DNA of 64,000 nt from Candidatus Marinacidobacterium sp. (GTDB lineage: Bacteria > Acidobacteriota > Vicinamibacteria > Marinacidobacterales > Marinacidobacteraceae), in assembly GCA_965204755.1 (NCBI GenBank), contig OZ242011.1, positions 3,520,001-3,584,000 on the forward strand, read 5' to 3'. The notes under the pieces were generated by a model, which saw only the letters and a program-made list of their open reading frames with translations, made no database searches and was not told the origin of the DNA. Within the stretch, counting starts at the first letter, position 1. The number at the start of each line of letters is the position of its first letter. Shown here in pieces: positions 48,452 through 57,122 of the stretch. Made by a program: the position numbers and the translations under genes.

Positions 48452-48898
48452 GTGGCCGAAGCGACCGTTTTCGAACGCATCATCCGGGGGGAGATCCCCT
48501 GCCACCGGGTGTACGAGGACGACCGGGTCCTCGCTTTCCTCGATGTGGCGCCGCAGAGCCGGGGGCACCTGCTCGTCGTCCCCAAGGAGGCGAAGGCGAC
48601 GCTCGGCGAGTTGTCGGACGAGTCCGCCGCCGCGCTCGGGCGCGCGCTGCCCCGGCTCGCCCGCGCCCTCGCCCGGGCGGTGGGCACGCCGCACCTGAAT
48701 GTCCTCCAGAACAACGGGACCCCCGCCGGACAGACCGTCCACCATGTCCACTTCCACCTCATCCCCCGCTTCGGCCCGGCCGGCGCCGCCGGTTCCGGGC
48801 TGCAGGTCGCCTGGCGGCCGGGAGCGCTCGGCGCGCGCGAAGGCGCGGAGACGGCGGCGGCCATCGCGGAGGAAGCGGCCCGGGACTCCGGCGCCTGA
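48452..48898 (+). CDS. HIT family hydrolase
   Basis: FERIIRGEIPCHRVYEDD, GHLLVVPK, GQTVHHVHFHLIPR (histidine triad). Confidence 0.93.
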   Translation: MAEATVFERIIRGEIPCHRVYEDDRVLAFLDVAPQSRGHLLVVPKEAKATLGELSDESAAALGRALPRLARALARAVGTPHLNVLQNNGTPAGQTVHHVHFHLIPRFGPAGAAGSGLQVAWRPGALGAREGAETAAAIAEEAARDSGA

Positions 48899-48949
48899 CC
48901 GGGGCCGGGGGAGTTCGCCGCGGCCGCCGCAGCGTCCACGCCGTCCGGC

Positions 48950-50692
48950 ATGAGCGAGCCGAAGCGCCGGACCGGCGCCCAACTCATCTGGGAGACCCTG
49001 CTGCGGGAGGGCGTCGAGACCGTCTTCGGCTACCCGGGCGGGGCGATCCTCCCCGCCTACGACGCGATGCTGGACTACCCGGTCCGGCACATCCTGGTGC
49101 GCCACGAACAGGGCGCGACCCACATGGCGGACGGCTTCGCCCGCGCGACCGGCCGGGTCGGCGTGGCGATCGCCACTTCGGGGCCGGGCGCGACGAACAT
49201 GGTCACCGGGATCGCCACGGCGATGCTGGATTCCTCGCCGATCGTCTGCATCACCGGCCAGGTGGGCAGCGGCCTCATCGGCACCGACGCCTTCCAGGAG
49301 ACCGACATCACCGGGGTCACCCTCCCGATCACCAAGCACAACTACCTGGTGACCGAGGTGGACCAGATCGCCCCGGCGATCCACGAGGCGATGTATGTCG
49401 CCCGCTCCGGCCGCCCCGGCCCGGTTGTGGTGGACATCACCAAGGACGCCCAGCAGGCGGCGACCACCGGCGAATGGGACCCGGCGGACATCGAACTCCC
49501 CGGCTACTCGCCCACCCCGAGGCCCCGACCCGCCGAATACCGCGCCGCCGCCGCGCTGATCAACCGCGCCAGGCGCCCGGTCATCCTCGCCGGCCACGGC
49601 ATCCTCCTGTCGGAGGCGACGGCGGAGGTGCGGGAACTGGTGGAGCGCGCGGACATCCCGGTGGCGATGACCCTGCTCGGCATCGGCTCGGTCCCCGCCC
49701 GGCACCCGCTGAACCTGGGGATGATGGGGATGCACGGCGAGAGTTGGGTCAACCACGCCATCCAGGAAGCCGACCTCCTCATCGCGCTGGGGATGCGGTT
49801 CGACGACCGGGTCACCGGCAAGTTGCAGCAGTACGCGCCGAACGCCCGGAAGATCCACCTGGACATCGACCCCTCGGAGTTCGACAAGAATGTCCGCGTG
49901 GACCTCGCCCTGGCGGGCGACCTGGCCGCCGTGCTCGGCGAGTTGCTGCCTTCGGTGCGGCCCCGGCGGCGCGAGAAGTGGATCGAGGCGATCACCCGGA
50001 TGAAGGGGGACGCCGCCGTCCGCGACATCCAGAACCTGCCCGACGCCGGCGTCCTCTGCGCCGCCCATGTGATCCACGACATCTGGCGGCTCACCGGCGG
50101 GCGGGCGATCCTGGCCACCGATGTGGGGCAGCACCAGATGTGGGCGGCGCAGTACTACCGCCACGACGAGCCCCGGTCGCTCATCACTTCCGGCGGCCTC
50201 GGGACCATGGGGTTCGCCCTGCCGGCGGCGGTGGGCGCCAAGGTCGGCCGCCCCGACGAGGAGGTCTGGGTGATCGCCGGCGACGGCGGCTTCCAGATGA
50301 CGATGTGCGAACTGGCGACGATCGCCCAGGAACGCCTCAAGGTGAACATCGCCGTCATCAACAACGGCTACCTGGGCATGGTGCGCCAGTGGCAGGAGTT
50401 CTTCTACGACCGCCGGTACGCCGGCACGCCGCTGCTCAGCCCCGACTTCGCCGCCCTGGCGCGCTCCTTCGGGCTCGGCGGCGAGTCGGTCGGCAGCCGG
50501 GCGGAGGTCGAAGACGCGGTGGAGCGCGCCCGCGCCGACGAACGGACGGTGGTGCTGGACTTCCGGGTGGAGCGCGAGGACACCGTGTACCCGATGGTGC
50601 CGACCGGCGCGGAACTCCAGGACATGATCCGCCGCCCGGAGCCGGCGCTCGCCGCTTCCGCCGCCGGCGAGGACGGCGGCCGCGAGTGGTGA
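48950..50692 (+). CDS. ilvB: Acetolactate synthase large subunit
   Basis: FGYPGGAILP, RHEQGA, TSGPGATN, RFDDRVTG, DVGQHQMW, TPP motif GDGGFQM...NNGYLGMVRQWQ. Confidence 0.96.
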   Translation: MSEPKRRTGAQLIWETLLREGVETVFGYPGGAILPAYDAMLDYPVRHILVRHEQGATHMADGFARATGRVGVAIATSGPGATNMVTGIATAMLDSSPIVCITGQVGSGLIGTDAFQETDITGVTLPITKHNYLVTEVDQIAPAIHEAMYVARSGRPGPVVVDITKDAQQAATTGEWDPADIELPGYSPTPRPRPAEYRAAAALINRARRPVILAGHGILLSEATAEVRELVERADIPVAMTLLGIGSVPARHPLNLGMMGMHGESWVNHAIQEADLLIALGMRFDDRVTGKLQQYAPNARKIHLDIDPSEFDKNVRVDLALAGDLAAVLGELLPSVRPRRREKWIEAITRMKGDAAVRDIQNLPDAGVLCAAHVIHDIWRLTGGRAILATDVGQHQMWAAQYYRHDEPRSLITSGGLGTMGFALPAAVGAKVGRPDEEVWVIAGDGGFQMTMCELATIAQERLKVNIAVINNGYLGMVRQWQEFFYDRRYAGTPLLSPDFAALARSFGLGGESVGSRAEVEDAVERARADERTVVLDFRVEREDTVYPMVPTGAELQDMIRRPEPALAASAAGEDGGREW

Positions 50693-50707
50693 GCCGGTGA
50701 GGGGATC

Positions 50708-51325
50708 GTGAGCGGCGGCGGGGAAGGGGACGGCATCCGGCCCCGGGTGTTCGCGGTCTGGGTGGAGGACCGCCCGGGCGTGCTGAACCGCATCACTTCG
50801 CTCTTCCGCCGCCGCGGCTTCAACATCGAGTCGCTCTCCGTCGGCCGGGCCAAGGCGCCGGGCGTTTCCCGGATGACCATCGTCGTCCGCACCGACGCGA
50901 CCGGCGCCAAGCGGATGGCGGTCCAGTTGTACCGGCTGGTGAATGTCCTCCGGGCGGACGACATCACCGGGGCCGCGGCGATCCGCAAGGAACTGGCGAT
51001 GTTCAAGGTCTCCGCGAACGCCAAGGAGCGGACCGAGGTCATCCAACTCGCGACGGCCACCGGCGCCCGGATCGTGGATGTGGCGCCGGGTTCGGTGGTG
51101 GTGGAAGCGGCGGCCGCGCCGGAGAAGATCGAAGGGCTCGCCGAAGTGCTCCGCCCCTACGGCATCCTGGAGCAGGTGCGCACCGGCCTCGTGGGGATGG
51201 CGCGGGGCGCGGAGAGCGTGATGCGCGACCCGGCCGCCCGCCGGGTCCCGCAGCCCTCCGCCGGCGGCGCCGAGGACGATCCGGAGTCGGGGCGCCCTCC
51301 GGCTTCCTCCGACGGTTCGGTCTGA
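50708..51325 (+). CDS. ilvN: Acetolactate synthase small (regulatory) subunit
   Basis: VEDRPGVLNRITSLFRRRGFNIESLSVG, SRMTIVV, YGILEQVRTG. Confidence 0.94.
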   Translation: MSGGGEGDGIRPRVFAVWVEDRPGVLNRITSLFRRRGFNIESLSVGRAKAPGVSRMTIVVRTDATGAKRMAVQLYRLVNVLRADDITGAAAIRKELAMFKVSANAKERTEVIQLATATGARIVDVAPGSVVVEAAAAPEKIEGLAEVLRPYGILEQVRTGLVGMARGAESVMRDPAARRVPQPSAGGAEDDPESGRPPASSDGSV

Positions 51326-51359
51326 CGACTTCGCCCCATGGTTCCGGCCGACGCTTCCG

Positions 51360-51365
51360 TATAGT
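51360..51365 (+). promoter_or_regulatory. Putative -10 box (TATAGT) of an internal ilvC promoter
   Basis: AT-rich island GTATAGTTAGTT in an otherwise very GC-rich spacer, ~150 nt before ilvC. Confidence 0.45.
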
Positions 51366-51514
51366 TAGTTCGCCGCGCGCCCGCCGCTTTCCGGGTCGGG
51401 CCCCGGGGCCGGCGGAACCGGCGCGGGGCGCTCGGGCCGCCGCTCCGCGCGGCCGCGCCGGGCGCCCGCCTCCCGGCAACCGAGCCCCGGCCGGCCCTCC
51501 CGAAGGAAGTCCCC

Positions 51515-52528
51515 ATGGCGAACATCTACTACGACGACGCTGCCGATCTCTCCCTGATCCGCGCCAAGAAGGTCGCGGTCTTCGGCTACGGCTCGCAGGG
51601 CCACGCCCACGCGCTGAACCTGCGCGACAGCGGGGTGGAGGTCCGCGTGGCGCTCCGTCCGGGGAGCCGGTCGCGCGAGCGCGCCGAAGCGGACGGGCTG
51701 ACCGTGGTGGACGGTGAGGAGGCGGCGGAGTGGGGCGAAGTCATCTCCCTGCTCACCCCGGACACCGGCCAGGCGGAGATCTACGAGACCCAGGTCGCCC
51801 CGCGCCTCGGCGCCGGCAAGACCCTGATGTTCGCCCACGGCTTCAACATCCGCTTCGGCGCCATCCGGCCGCCGCCGGAGGTGGATGTCTCGCTGATCGC
51901 GCCCAAGGCGCCGGGGCACCGGGTCCGGGAACTCTTCGTCGAAGGCGGCGGCACGCCGGCGCTCGTGGCGGTGGAGCGGGACGCCTCCGGGAGCGCGCTC
52001 GCCCTCGCGCTCTCCTACGCCCGGGGCGTCGGCCTCACCCGCGCCGGCGTGATCGAAACCACCTTCGCGGAAGAAACCGAGACCGACCTCTTCGGCGAGC
52101 AGAGCGTGCTCTGCGGCGGCGTCAGCGCGCTGGTCAAGGCCGGGTTCGAGACGCTGATCGAGGCCGGTTACCAACCGGAGATCGCCTACTTCGAGTGCCT
52201 CCACGAACTGAAACTCATCGTGGACCTCTTCTACCGGGGCGGCCTGAACTACATGCGGTATTCCGTCTCGGACACCGCCGAGCACGGCGACTACACCGGC
52301 GGGCCGCAGATCGTCACCGACGAGACCCGCGCGGCGATGCGGCGCATCCTCGCCGAGGTGCGAAGCGGCGCCTACGCGAAGAAGTGGATCGAAGAAGACC
52401 GCAACGGCCGCCCCTGGTTCATGGAGCAGCGGCGGAAGGAGCAGGAGCACCCGATCGAGACGGTCGGCGCCGAACTCCGCAAGATGATGCCGTTCCTCGA
52501 CGCGGTGACCCTCAAGGAATCCGTCTGA
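51515..52528 (+). CDS. ilvC: Ketol-acid reductoisomerase
   Basis: [55 protein letters not shown]. Confidence 0.97.
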   Translation: MANIYYDDAADLSLIRAKKVAVFGYGSQGHAHALNLRDSGVEVRVALRPGSRSRERAEADGLTVVDGEEAAEWGEVISLLTPDTGQAEIYETQVAPRLGAGKTLMFAHGFNIRFGAIRPPPEVDVSLIAPKAPGHRVRELFVEGGGTPALVAVERDASGSALALALSYARGVGLTRAGVIETTFAEETETDLFGEQSVLCGGVSALVKAGFETLIEAGYQPEIAYFECLHELKLIVDLFYRGGLNYMRYSVSDTAEHGDYTGGPQIVTDETRAAMRRILAEVRSGAYAKKWIEEDRNGRPWFMEQRRKEQEHPIETVGAELRKMMPFLDAVTLKESV

Positions 52529-52596
52529 CCGCTCCCCCGTTCCGCGCCCCCGCTTCCGGGCGCGGGCCTCGTCCGGGAAACCCGCCCCGCGGAGGT

Positions 52597-55242
52597 ATGC
52601 ACTTGTCCCGATTCCCTCGCCCGCTCCGGCTCGGAGCGCTCTTCCTCCTCCTCGCGACCGGGCCGGCGCTTCCCGCCGCGGCGCAGCCGCCGACGCCCGC
52701 CGAAGTCCTGGGTTTCGAGCCCGGGGACGACTACCGGCTCGCCAAGTGGGACGAGTTGACCGGGTACTACCGCCGTTTGGCCGAAACCAGCGACCGCGTG
52801 GAGTTGCGCGAGATCGGGGAGAGCGTCCTCGGCCGCCCGCTGTTCGTCCTCTATATCTCCTCCGAAGAGAACCTCGCCCGGCTGGACGAGATCCGGGAAA
52901 CCAGCGCCGCGCTGGCGAACGCCCGCCTCTCGCCGGAGGAAGCGGCCGACCGCGCCGCCGGCGGCAAGGCGGTGGTCTGGATCGACGCCGGACTCCACGC
53001 CACCGAGGTGGCGCCCGCGCAGATGGCGCCGCTGCTCGCCTGGCGGGTCGCGACCGAAGAATCGACGGAGATGCGCCGCATCCGCGACGAAGTGGTGCTC
53101 ATCCTGATGCCGTGCATGAATCCCGACGGGCTCGACATCGTGGCGTCCTGGTACCTCAGCCAAGTGGGGACGCCGTTCGAAACCACCCGGCCGCCCGAGT
53201 TGTACCACCACTATGTCGGGCACGACAACAACCGCGACTGGTTCATGAACAACATGCCGGAGACCGCCGCGGTGAGCCGAATCCTCTACCGGGAATGGTT
53301 TCCCCAGGTGGTTTACAACCACCACCAGACCGGGCCGGCCTGGGCGCGGATCTTCATTCCCCCGTTCGCCGACCCGGTGAATCCGCGGATCCACCCGGGC
53401 GTCACCACCGGCGTGAACATCTTCGGCTCGGCGATGGCCAGCCGGTTCGCCCTGAAGGGAATGCCCGGCGCCGTCTCCGACATGATCTATTCCATGTGGT
53501 GGAACGGCGGTATGCGCACCGTCCCGTACTTCCACAACATGATCGGGCTGCTCACCGAGACCTCCCACGCCTCGGCCAGCCCGAGGAACTACGACCCGGA
53601 GGACCGGCCGGAGTTCGTGGGGAATCCCCGGCGCGGGCAGGCCGCGCCGACCAACGGCACCGATGTCTTCTATCCCTATCCGTGGGAAGGGGGCGAGAGC
53701 CCGTTCAGCGACCCGATTCGCTACACGCTGACCGCTTCCATCGCCGTCCTCGACACCGCGGCGAGGATGAAGGAGAAGTGGCTCCACGACATCTGGCGGA
53801 TGGGCCGGGACGCCATCGAGCGGAGCGAGGGCGGCTGGGTCGTCCCGGCGGAGCAGTGGGATCCGGGAGAAGCCGCCGCGATGGTGAATGTCCTGCTCGA
53901 CGGCGGGATCGAGATCGAACGGGCGGACGAGGCGTTTTCCCTGGGAGACGAGTCGTTCGCCGCCGGCGCCTACCTGATCTCCCGGAAGCAGGCGTTCAGC
54001 GCCTACGCCGCGGACCTGCTCGAGGCCCAGGACTATCCGGACCGGCGCCGAACCCCGGACGGCGCCCCTGACCCGCCGTACGACCTGGCCGGCTGGACGC
54101 TCCCGATGCAGATGGGGATCCGGGTGGAAGCGGTGGACTCGCTGCCGGCGCCGGCGTCCTCCCCGGTCGCCGGGCCGGTCGCCGCGCCTGCCGGCGAAGT
54201 CTCCGGGGGCGCCGGGTTCGGCTACGCGATCTCGCACCGCCCGAATGCTTCGGTGGTGGCGCAGAACCGGCTGCTCGCCGCCGGCGCCGTCGTGAGTTGG
54301 GCGGCCCGGCCGTTCGAGTCCGGCGGCTCGGAATTCCCCGCCGGCACGCTGGTCGTCCGGCGCTCGGCGCCCTCCGAGTCGCTGGTGGAGGGGATCGCGG
54401 CCGAGTTGGGCCTCGATGTCCACGGCCTGGCGGAGTCCCCGGACGCGCCGCTGCTGACGCTCCGCGCCGTGCGGGTGGGCCTCTACAAGTCGTTCGTCGC
54501 GAGCATGGACGAAGGCTGGACCCGCTGGATGCTCGAGGACTACGAATACGAACTCGAGACCATCGAGGACGGCGATGTGCGGAGCGGCGACCTCTCCCGG
54601 TTCGATGTGATCGTCCTGCCGCACCAGTCGCCGGAGGCGATCCTGAACGGCCACGCCCCCGGCACGATGCCGGAGGAGTACACCGGCGGGATCGGGCTCG
54701 AAGGGACGCTCGCGCTCTCCCGGTTCGTGGAGGAGGGAGGCACGCTGGTCGCGCTCGACGCCGCCGGCGACTTCGTGATCTCGCAGTTCGGACTGCCGCT
54801 GCGGAACGCCACCGCCGGCCTCGCGCCCGAGCGGTTCTTCATCCCCGGGTCGCTGATTCGCGCCCGGGTGGACACCGCCCACCCGCTCGCCTTCGGGATG
54901 CGCGAGGAAGTCGCCGTGCAGTTCGTCCGCAGCCGCGCGTTCGAGACCGTGCGCCTGCCGCGCCGCCGGGAGGGCGGGGAAGAGACCGCGCCGCCGTCCC
55001 CTCCGCCGAATGTGGAGGTCGTCGCCCGTTACGCCGAGGACGACCTGCTGATGAGCGGCTGGGCGCTCGGCGAGGAGAGCGCCATCGGCGGCAAGATCGC
55101 CATGGCCCGCGCGCCGGTCGGCGCCGGGGAAGTCGTGGTGTTCGGCTTCCGCCCGCAGTTCCGGGGGCAGCCCCGCGGCACCTACAAACTCTTCCTGAAC
55201 GCCCTCAACGGAGCGAGCGTCGAGGACTTGAGCCAGCCCTGA
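52597..55242 (+). CDS. Exported M14-family zinc metallopeptidase with C-terminal glutamine-amidotransferase-like domain
   Basis: Signal peptide, HATE (HxxE), NPDG, DNNRDW, HHQ, PYDLAGWTLP, DEGWTRW. SD GGAGGT at 52591, so the start may instead be TTG 52603. Confidence 0.88.
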   Translation: MHLSRFPRPLRLGALFLLLATGPALPAAAQPPTPAEVLGFEPGDDYRLAKWDELTGYYRRLAETSDRVELREIGESVLGRPLFVLYISSEENLARLDEIRETSAALANARLSPEEAADRAAGGKAVVWIDAGLHATEVAPAQMAPLLAWRVATEESTEMRRIRDEVVLILMPCMNPDGLDIVASWYLSQVGTPFETTRPPELYHHYVGHDNNRDWFMNNMPETAAVSRILYREWFPQVVYNHHQTGPAWARIFIPPFADPVNPRIHPGVTTGVNIFGSAMASRFALKGMPGAVSDMIYSMWWNGGMRTVPYFHNMIGLLTETSHASASPRNYDPEDRPEFVGNPRRGQAAPTNGTDVFYPYPWEGGESPFSDPIRYTLTASIAVLDTAARMKEKWLHDIWRMGRDAIERSEGGWVVPAEQWDPGEAAAMVNVLLDGGIEIERADEAFSLGDESFAAGAYLISRKQAFSAYAADLLEAQDYPDRRRTPDGAPDPPYDLAGWTLPMQMGIRVEAVDSLPAPASSPVAGPVAAPAGEVSGGAGFGYAISHRPNASVVAQNRLLAAGAVVSWAARPFESGGSEFPAGTLVVRRSAPSESLVEGIAAELGLDVHGLAESPDAPLLTLRAVRVGLYKSFVASMDEGWTRWMLEDYEYELETIEDGDVRSGDLSRFDVIVLPHQSPEAILNGHAPGTMPEEYTGGIGLEGTLALSRFVEEGGTLVALDAAGDFVISQFGLPLRNATAGLAPERFFIPGSLIRARVDTAHPLAFGMREEVAVQFVRSRAFETVRLPRRREGGEETAPPSPPPNVEVVARYAEDDLLMSGWALGEESAIGGKIAMARAPVGAGEVVVFGFRPQFRGQPRGTYKLFLNALNGASVEDLSQP

Positions 55243-55394
55243 CTCCGGCGCCCCGAGCCGCGCGGGAGGAACGCGGTGGGAGGGGACGCCGGTTCGCTAG
55301 AATTCCCGGCTCCCCTCCGAACCACCTCCCTCCCCGAAACGCCCGGACTGCCGCCCCGCCGCCCGCCTCGCCCGAACCGCCCCGAGCCGACGCC

Positions 55395-55664
55395 ATGTCC
55401 CGAACCTGCAAACTGACCGGAAAGCGGCCGTTGGCCGGCAACTCCATCAGCCACGCCCACAACAAGAACCGGCGCCGGCAGTTGCCCAACCTGCAGTGGA
55501 AGTCGGTCTGGGTCCCGGAACTCGGCCGCTCGGTCCGGCTCCGGCTGAGCGTCCGCGCGCTGCGGACGATCGACAAGAAGGGGCTGCTGGCCTACCTGAA
55601 GGACGAAGGGCTGCGGCTTCGGGATGTCCTGCCGGCCCGCGCCCACGCCCGCCGCTCGGACTGA
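55395..55664 (+). CDS. rpmB: 50S ribosomal protein L28
   Basis: MSRTCKLTGKRPLAGNSISHAHNKNRRRQLPNLQ...ALRTIDKKG. TAGAAT -10 box at 55298-55303. Confidence 0.95.
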   Translation: MSRTCKLTGKRPLAGNSISHAHNKNRRRQLPNLQWKSVWVPELGRSVRLRLSVRALRTIDKKGLLAYLKDEGLRLRDVLPARAHARRSD

Positions 55665-55740
55665 ACCCCCGGTCCTCCGGGGCTCCTCCGGCGCCGAGGC
55701 CGGCGCCCGCCGGTAACGCCGAAGCGCCGCGCTCCGGGCG

Positions 55741-57024
55741 ATGATCGATCGGGAGCGGCTGCTCGCTTCGATCCGGGCCGGGGAAGACTCCGAACTGGAA
55801 CTCGCGGAAGTCGTCTTCCGCGGCGGCCGCGTCACCCTCGGCGGCAGGAAGGGGCGGGCTGCGTCCGAGTTGGCCGAGGTCTTCGTCAGCATGGCGAATA
55901 CCGGCGGGGGCCTCGTCGTTTTCGGCGTCCGTGACTCCGACCGCGCTGTCGTGGGCATCGAACCGGGTCGGCGAGAGGCCGTCGAGCGGTTCGCGGTGGA
56001 TGCCGCCGCGGAGAACTGCGAGCCGGCGATCTTCCCCGGTCTCGACTGGGAACACCTGCCCGGCGCGGACGGAATCGAGCGGCTCTGCCTGGTGGTCCGT
56101 ATCCCGCGCTCGCTCCACGAAGTGCACCGGACGAACGAGGGCCGCTATCTGGAGCGAATCGGGACGCATCGGCGTTTGGTCTCCCCCGATCGACTCTCGC
56201 GGCTCCTGATCGGGCGCGGACTCGCGGCGCCGGTCGAAGTTTGGCCGGCCAGACAGGGCCGGCTGGACCAACTCGACCGCGGACGCCTCGTCGAGTACTT
56301 CCGGGGCCGCTTCGCCGACTGGTCTCCTCCCGCGGACTGGCCCCTCGGGTGGACCGAGGCGCTCGTCCCGCACAAACTCGCCGCGGTGACGGATGCCGGG
56401 CCGACCCCGACGAATCTCGGCATCCTGATGTTCGCCGAACGGCCGGAACGAGTCCTGCCGAGCGCCTTCGTCGAGATGGTCGCCTACCGGCGCGACGAGC
56501 CGGACGGCAACTCGGCGGACAGCAAACGGATCACCGGGCCGATCCCCCGCCAGATCGAGGCGGCGGTGACTTACCTCCAAGTGTCCCCCCTGAACCCCGT
56601 CCTTTCCGTGAAGGGCGGCGGCGGGAGGAAGGATTACCCGGCGTACGACCTCCGCGCGCTCCAGGAAGCGGTGGTGAACGCGGTCGTCCACCGCGACTAC
56701 GCCGCGCCCTCGCAGGTCATCGTCCGACTGTTCCCGGACCGGATCGAGTTCGCGAGTCCGGGCGCCCTCCCGAACGGTCTGACGCCCGCGGACCTCTACG
56801 CCGGCTGCATGCCCCGCCGGCGCAACGAGAACCTCGCCGGGTTCCTCCGCTACTACGAGAGCCGCGCCACCGGGGGAGCGTTCATGGAGGCGCGCGGCGA
56901 AGGCTTCCTGAACCTCGTCCGCGCCAGCGAACGCCTCTCCGGCCGCCGCCCCCGGCTGGAAGAGATCGGGGACTCGACGAAACTCACGATCTACGCCGCC
57001 GCGCCGGAGGCCGCCGGGGCCTGA
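55741..57024 (+). CDS. AlbA_2 (Schlafen-like) domain + RecG-C/HATPase_c_4 protein
   Basis: GEDSELEL, SMANTGGGLVVFGVRD, ALQEAVVNAVVHRDY, FPDRIEFASPGALP, RRNENLA, MEARGEGF. Confidence 0.85.
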   Translation: MIDRERLLASIRAGEDSELELAEVVFRGGRVTLGGRKGRAASELAEVFVSMANTGGGLVVFGVRDSDRAVVGIEPGRREAVERFAVDAAAENCEPAIFPGLDWEHLPGADGIERLCLVVRIPRSLHEVHRTNEGRYLERIGTHRRLVSPDRLSRLLIGRGLAAPVEVWPARQGRLDQLDRGRLVEYFRGRFADWSPPADWPLGWTEALVPHKLAAVTDAGPTPTNLGILMFAERPERVLPSAFVEMVAYRRDEPDGNSADSKRITGPIPRQIEAAVTYLQVSPLNPVLSVKGGGGRKDYPAYDLRALQEAVVNAVVHRDYAAPSQVIVRLFPDRIEFASPGALPNGLTPADLYAGCMPRRRNENLAGFLRYYESRATGGAFMEARGEGFLNLVRASERLSGRRPRLEEIGDSTKLTIYAAAPEAAGA

Positions 57025-57122
57025 GCCCGCCCGGCGGCGGCGCGCGGGCGCCGCCGGTATTCTCCGATCCCCCCGCGGCCGCCCGGAGCGGCGGCGTTCA
57101 GGAGAGGAGACACCGGAACGGA

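Noticed and set aside
41282-57122. N-terminal extensions in the ORF track for aguA (41282), aguB (43892), rfbB (47730), M14 peptidase (51730), rpmB (54297) and CehA (56241)
   Set aside because: They overlap real neighbouring genes and are low-complexity. Better starts exist at the domain boundaries.
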